Shown here one piece after another: positions 43,092 through 48,133 of a stretch of DNA of 48,133 nt. The notes below the pieces were generated by a model. The model was not told the DNA's origin. It worked only from the letters and a program-made list of their open reading frames with translations, and did no database searches. The DNA comes from Craspedostauros australis (Eukaryota), in contig JALAGF010004004.1 of the NCBI GenBank assembly GCA_030167865.1, positions 1-48,133 of the forward strand. Direction: 5' to 3'. A program made the translations under genes and the position numbers. Position 1 is the stretch's first letter. Each line of letters starts with the position of its first letter.

Positions 43092-46000
43092 ATGGACAGT
43101 GCCGATAGCAACGATAGTGGCGTCCATGTGGAAGTCCCCGTGGAAGTTACGCAAGAGCCAGAGCCCGCAAGGGAAACAGAGCCTGAAGTGGAGGCAGAGC
43201 CAGAACCAGAGTCCGCACCTGTAGACGACTGGGGAACCATGGAGGCTTCTGTCCCGCACCAAGAAACTGAATTGTCGCGGAGCGTTCAAAACCCTGCGAT
43301 CATGATGACCTCCAGCTCGGATTCGGAGGAGAGCCGACACAGAGACGCAGCGTTCCCAACGCACAATGACTACCATGATGACAGTAACGACGGCGATAGA
43401 GGAGGTACCATTGTGGAGAACTACCATGAGAACAGCCCCAGCAATAGCAACAGTAGTGGCGACATCAATGGCGATAGCGGTAGCAATGGTCCCAGCGATA
43501 GAAGCGGCCACAGACTGAACACTGCGGACATGGTCAATATCAACGTCGATGACATCGAGTACGCATCGTCCGCGTCCCCCACTTCGCCGCATTCGGATGG
43601 TGATTGGCATGACGTTGCAGCGGACCGAGATGCCGATCATCTGCATGAACCAGCTCCCCAGAACTCACCCCCTGTCCAGAACAGAAACGTGGACACGCAG
43701 TCAGAACTCGAGCAGAGCTCTCCGCTCGTTGCAACACCTGGGGATGTGCTGCCATGGTGGGAAGTCAAGGAGGCTGGAGGTCAACCTCCACCTGTCGGAG
43801 AGCGTCAGGAAGAAGAAGACGACGACGACGCGGAGGAAGAAGCCAGGGACCTCATCGATCACACCGAGCATCGGCAGTACGATTCCTACGGGGACAATGA
43901 CTTCTCTGACGAATCCAACGATTCTTACGACAACCTTTCCTTCTTCGATTCCTTCAACAACGATGGCTTTGGACATCCCTTGGAGACGATAATGGAGATA
44001 GACGATGACACGCGGTCTAACTCAGACGAAAGCTACGGCTCGGATGCTGTCAAACCTTGGTGGGAATCGAAAAGCGCAGAGTCCGGCAGCAGCGATGATG
44101 ACTCGGACCTGTACCAGTCTCACTACGAGGACCATTCCTACCAATACAGCGACGAAGATGGCGAATTTGAAGGAGCCTTCCTGGAACCCATCGAAGAAGT
44201 CGACGAGGACGACATCTCCTCCTCCGAGGACCGCGTCTCCTCCTCATCGGAGGAGAGTCCGCTTCCTTCTGAAGGAGGAGAATCGGGCTTGGAACCCAGC
44301 GAGAGTGCTGGGAACGAAACTGCAGATGCCGATTCGTCATACCCACCAGCGCCACGATCGGCTGGAACCGCTTCGTCAGACGGATCTTATTCATCCAACG
44401 GGTACGACGAATCCAGCGGTGCGTTTCCAACCGAATCACGGGATCGAGACACCGAACGCAGCATTAGTGAGGGGACTGAACGATCTGACTCGGACCTCTC
44501 CCCCGAAACGTACGAACATGAGGGTGTGAGTTATGGAAGCGATGAAGGGACCCGTAGCGACGATGATTACTTCCGAGAGACGAGTAGCAACGAGTCGCCG
44601 TACAACAGCCAACGGAGTTATGCGTCCGAAGACTCGGAGAGCGCAGTTGTCGTATCACCGCCAGGCTCGGATGACGAGTCAAATGATTACGGTGTGAAAT
44701 CTCTGGACAGTGCGGACTCGAGTAAGGCATCCACGGTGGAAGGAGACGACGACTCGGATCAAATGGGTGTGAAGTCTTTGGGGACGGCCAGCCAGAGCGA
44801 GCATCAAGGCAGCCAATCGGAAAAGTCGCCATCAAGGTCATCGAGCTCGTCGAGTTCATACCGGCCGATGGACTTTGATTCTGAAATGAGCGACATTGAA
44901 GGCGATGATCACGCCTACAACAATCCGTACGGGTACAACTCATCTTCGAGTGAAGACGAGGTCGCCAAGCCAGCGCGCTTTCCGTGGGAGATGCAAGATG
45001 AGTCCGAGGCAAATGATGGTGATGACCTCAGCAAAGCCACCAGCCAGCCAAATGACAACGATGTGACGGCACCATCCCTTCAAATGCCAGATGAACAGAA
45101 GGAAGAAATCCATGAAGTGTCTGGGCAGTCAACTCCAGTGTCATCTCAAGATGCTGACAGCAACGAAGAACGTTCTGATCCTCAATCGGAAGAGCGGCAC
45201 GATCCAGGCGATGCAGATGCAGGGGAAGCCAACAAAGAAATTGGCATGCGCCAAGAAGCTGCGGAACCCGACCAACAAGCTGCACCTTCTTTGGTATCAC
45301 GTGCACAGAGCAGCTCGGACAGCTCAGCTGCCAGCCACAAGTCTGAGAAGCGCGGTAGCTCCGACAGCGAACACAGCTCTGTAGATGGTGCCTCAAACAC
45401 GAAGCGGTCATCCAAACCGTCTATTTTTGTGTTCACGTCGTCCTCAGGATCAGCGTCTGCTTCTGCCTCTGTTTCTGGGTCAGTGTCCGAATCATCACCT
45501 GCCTCAAGATCTTCCAGATCGTCTCACCCATCCAGATCATCAGCTCAATCCAGGCCATCCGCTCAATCTAGATCATCGGCATCATCCAGACCATCCAACT
45601 CTTCCAGATCCTCCAAGTCTTCCAAATCATCTGCCCAATCCAGATCTTCCAACTCATCAACACAAGGAAATCTGCCACAGCCTGCTGTCCTCCCAACCTG
45701 GGATGCCACACCTGCCGTCGGTGACGCTGACACGGCTGCTGATGCTCCTGGATCATCAGGTCTGTTGGGATCCGACTCTGAGATCAGCATACCGACCTTT
45801 GATGATGTGCCATGGGATGCTGGAGTGCCCAGTATCGCAGCATTTGATGACACTTCGTTGGTGAAGGATCGAGGAGTGCTGGCTGCATCTGCATCTGCAT
45901 CGACGCCCGTGTCTTCGCCTGCAGCTGCACCGGCGTCGGTGTCGGTGTCAGCATCGACATCATCGAAGGGATCTCGAGGATCGAATGTGAGTCGCAGTAG

Positions 46001-48133
46001 CGCTAAGACTGGCAACAGCAACAGCAGCGGCAGCGGTGAGAGCGGGAAGTCTGCAGAAAGATCAAGCGTGAAGTCTGACGGAGACAGGAGTAAACCAAGC
46101 AGCCAAGTATCCAGCAGAGCTTCATCCAATGGATCATCGAGGGGATCATCGAAGGGATCATCCAACGCATCCCGGCCTCCATCATGGTCAGCGCTATCAC
46201 CAGCGCCATCAGAATCGCAGGTTTCCGCATCTGCACCCATGTCCGTGCCGACTGCTCTCTCCGATCCCTCAGCTTCATCAAGATCATCTGGATCAAGGGT
46301 CAGTGGTGATACTAGCCATTCACAACCAGACATCATCACATCAGCAAGTGGCGAAGCCTTCCATGGTGGTAGCCTCGCAGGAAGTGCGAGCAGAAGTCAA
46401 AGCAAAAGCAAGAGCAATAGCGACAGCTCCAAGTCAAGATCTGGGTCAAGATCGGGATCGGGCGCAACCAGTGCAAACTCCGCTCATCAACTTCCCATCT
46501 CAGACATCATGGTTCCGTCACCACAGACAGAGCAGCAAGTTCCTGTTGATAGTGATCATGACAGTGACTACGGCAGCAGATCCAGATCTAGTCGATCTGT
46601 GTCTACACGTCAATCACATGGAAGCTCGATGATGGGTGGCAGTCAGTCACAGAGATCGCAACCATCACAGTCATCGCGACAGTCTGAGACATCTCAGCAC
46701 TCGAACCAATCTCAAGCATCTCGTACGGCACCAAGTCACAACAGCAACGGCAGCAAGACCAGCAACGTGAGTCAGATCAGTAGAGATGGAATCCAACATC
46801 GATCGTCGCGCAATGATACTCCGAATGAAGATGGATCGTTATCATTCGCCAGTGCTCGCGGGTCGTTTGGATCAAGTTTCAACAGCCTTGGTGGCGACGA
46901 TAGGACTGGTGCGAGTGGGAGTCAGGTCAGTGGTAGCGATCGTAGCAGAGGTGATGGATTTGATCTTGATGCTTCTGCCAGCAGTCGTTCTACCGCCACT
47001 GGTTCTCACTCGCGATCCAGACACTCACAGTCACACACACGGTCAGAATCAGAATCAGGGTCTGAACTAGCTTTTGGATCAGATCCACAACTGCACCGGC
47101 GACTGGATCCACCTACATCCCCATATGAGGCGAATCCACCACGAGATGCTGCATCTCCAGTTGGAGACAACAGCAGCATGACACGGGCACCATCGATGGT
47201 AGGAAGCCGAGTTGATCCGCATAGTTACTATCATACAGATGACGCGAGAAACGGGAGCCAAAGCAGCCAGATGTCAATCCCTGCTCCGGTCACCGATATT
47301 CCCGGTCCTGAGCAGAACTTTGATGAAAGTCAGCGATCAGAGAGCCATGACAGCGAAGTGCCCCAGTCTCCCACGCACTCCAATGCATCTGGTACATCCA
47401 GAAGGTCTGGCAGATCGACCGGATCTAGCACATTGAGCTCAAGATCGCGATCATCTTTCTCATCAACGTCGGCATCAGCATCAGCACGGCGATCGTCACA
47501 AGGGAGCTTCAGCAACACATCGGCATCCGCATCGACATCCGTATCTTCAGGATCAAGTCGATCAGACATGCCATCAAACTCAGAGAGATCGGGACACTCA
47601 GAAGAATCAGGTGGATCCCGATCCCACTCTCGGTCTCAGTCTGAAGCCCAGTCTCAGTCTGAAGCCCAGTCTCAGGCTGACGTTCAGTCTCAATCACCGA
47701 CACAAGACTCAGTACGATCGTATTCCAACAAGACAGACCGACCTCCAACCGGATCTGTGGCGTCAGCAGCGTCAGTCGGACCAGGCTCTGTCTCTGGGTC
47801 ATCGAGATCATCTGTCCAATCCAAGTCATCTCATTCATCTCAATCATCCAGATCGTTCACTCAATCCAGGTCGTCAGCTCAATCTGGATCATCGGCATCA
47901 TCCAGACCATCCAACTCTTCCAGATCCTCCAAGTCTTCCAAATCATCTGCCCAATCCAGATCTTCCAACTCATCAACACAAGGAAATCTGCCACAGCCTG
48001 CTGTCCTCCCAACCTGGGATGCCACACCTGCCGTCGGTGACGCTGACATGGCTGCTGATGCTCCTGGATCATCCGGTCTGTTGGGATCCGACTCCGAGAT
48101 CAGCATACCGACTTTCGATGATGTGCCATGGGA
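43092..48133 (+). CDS. Very large Asp/Glu/Ser-rich, predicted disordered protein (>1,680 codons, 3' truncated by the window)
   Basis: Starts MDSADSNDSG at 43092 (in-frame ATG also at 43014, directly after a TAG). The frame was open wherever I translated it, including the last bases, and the track lists no stop-terminated ORF in this frame. Differences between the internal duplicates fall mostly at third codon positions of this frame. Confidence 0.8.
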   Translation, partial: MDSADSNDSGVHVEVPVEVTQEPEPARETEPEVEAEPEPESAPVDDWGTMEASVPHQETELSRSVQNPAIMMTSSSDSEESRHRDAAFPTHNDYHDDSNDGDRGGTIVENYHENSPSNSNSSGDINGDSGSNGPSDRSGHRLNTADMVNINVDDIEYASSASPTSPHSDGDWHDVAADRDADHLHEPAPQNSPPVQNRNVDTQSELEQSSPLVATPGDVLPWWEVKEAGGQPPPVGERQEEEDDDDAEEEARDLIDHTEHRQYDSYGDNDFSDESNDSYDNLSFFDSFNNDGFGHPLETIMEIDDDTRSNSDESYGSDAVKPWWESKSAESGSSDDDSDLYQSHYEDHSYQYSDEDGEFEGAFLEPIEEVDEDDISSSEDRVSSSSEESPLPSEGGESGLEPSESAGNETADADSSYPPAPRSAGTASSDGSYSSNGYDESSGAFPTESRDRDTERSISEGTERSDSDLSPETYEHEGVSYGSDEGTRSDDDYFRETSSNESPYNSQRSYASEDSESAVVVSPPGSDDESNDYGVKSLDSADSSKASTVEGDDDSDQMGVKSLGTASQSEHQGSQSEKSPSRSSSSSSSYRPMDFDSEMSDIEGDDHAYNNPYGYNSSSSEDEVAKPARFPWEMQDESEANDGDDLSKATSQPNDNDVTAPSLQMPDEQKEEIHEVSGQSTPVSSQDADSNEERSDPQSEERHDPGDADAGEANKEIGMRQEAAEPDQQAAPSLVSRAQSSSDSSAASHKSEKRGSSDSEHSSVDGASNTKRSSKPSIFVFTSSSGSASASASVSGSVSESSPASRSSRSSHPSRSSAQSRPSAQSRSSASSRPSNSSRSSKSSKSSAQSRSSNSSTQGNLPQPAVLPTWDATPAVGDADTAADAPGSSGLLGSDSEISIPTFDDVPWDAGVPSIAAFDDTSLVKDRGVLAASASASTPVSSPAAAPASVSVSASTSSKGSRGSNVSRSSAKTGNSNSSGSGESGKSAERSSVKSDGDRSKPSSQVSSRASSNGSSRGSSKGSSNASRPPSWSALSPAPSESQVSASAPMSVPTALSDPSASSRSSGSRVSGDTSHSQPDIITSASGEAFHGGSLAGSASRSQSKSKSNSDSSKSRSGSRSGSGATSANSAHQLPISDIMVPSPQTEQQVPVDSDHDSDYGSRSRSSRSVSTRQSHGSSMMGGSQSQRSQPSQSSRQSETSQHSNQSQASRTAPSHNSNGSKTSNVSQISRDGIQHRSSRNDTPNEDGSLSFASARGSFGSSFNSLGGDDRTGASGSQVSGSDRSRGDGFDLDASASSRSTATGSHSRSRHSQSHTRSESESGSELAFGSDPQLHRRLDPPTSPYEANPPRDAASPVGDNSSMTRAPSMVGSRVDPHSYYHTDDARNGSQSSQMSIPAPVTDIPGPEQNFDESQRSESHDSEVPQSPTHSNASGTSRRSGRSTGSSTLSSRSRSSFSSTSASASARRSSQGSFSNTSASASTSVSSGSSRSDMPSNSERSGHSEESGGSRSHSRSQSEAQSQSEAQSQADVQSQSPTQDSVRSYSNKTDRPPTGSVASAASVGPGSVSGSSRSSVQSKSSHSSQSSRSFTQSRSSAQSGSSASSRPSNSSRSSKSSKSSAQSRSSNSSTQGNLPQPAVLPTWDATPAVGDADMAADAPGSSGLLGSDSEISIPTFDDVPW
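45545..45817 (+). repeat. Copy 1 of a near-identical intragenic duplication of at least 273 bp
   Basis: Matches 47861-48133 at an offset of 2,316 nt (a multiple of 3), with about 9 mismatches by eye. Confidence 0.92.
47861..48133 (+). repeat. Copy 2 of the intragenic duplication (runs off the window)
   Basis: Near-identical to 45545-45817 up to the last base of the window. Confidence 0.92.

Noticed and set aside
43092-48133. Silaffin/silacidin-type biosilica protein
   Set aside because: It is Ser-rich and acidic but has no N-terminal signal peptide and no regular KxxK repeat pattern.
1-48133. Functional gene cluster of trafficking genes (VSR, C2 protein, ATG6, MARVEL-like)
   Set aside because: They are interspersed with unrelated genes on both strands, and nothing in the sequence indicates co-regulation.

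Overview
Eukaryotic nuclear DNA with GT-AG introns, microsatellite-rich intergenic spacers and an ASAFAP bipartite plastid presequence. It is most likely from a diatom or related ochrophyte (inference). About 16 protein-coding genes are visible. Two run off the window ends and are missing from the ORF track: a vacuolar sorting receptor at the left end and a >1,680-codon Ser/acidic disordered protein at the right end. Recognisable genes include a C2-domain protein, a choline/ethanolamine kinase, an RS-tail cyclophilin, a cluster-less mitochondrial ferredoxin, a triose-phosphate translocator, a NUMOD3-repeat protein and a Beclin-1/ATG6 homologue. The most striking element is a two-exon gene (8979-13388, minus). 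Once spliced it encodes an 8-TM microbial-rhodopsin-like domain that keeps the retinal-binding Lys, fused to a PAS-like segment, a histidine kinase, a receiver and a degenerate HPt-like tail, with no cyclase domain. It is flanked by two divergent paralogues that fuse a catalytically degenerate nucleotide-sugar epimerase fold to a DUF616 (TOD1/MUCI70)-like domain. All domain calls come from motif recognition by eye; no database searches were run.
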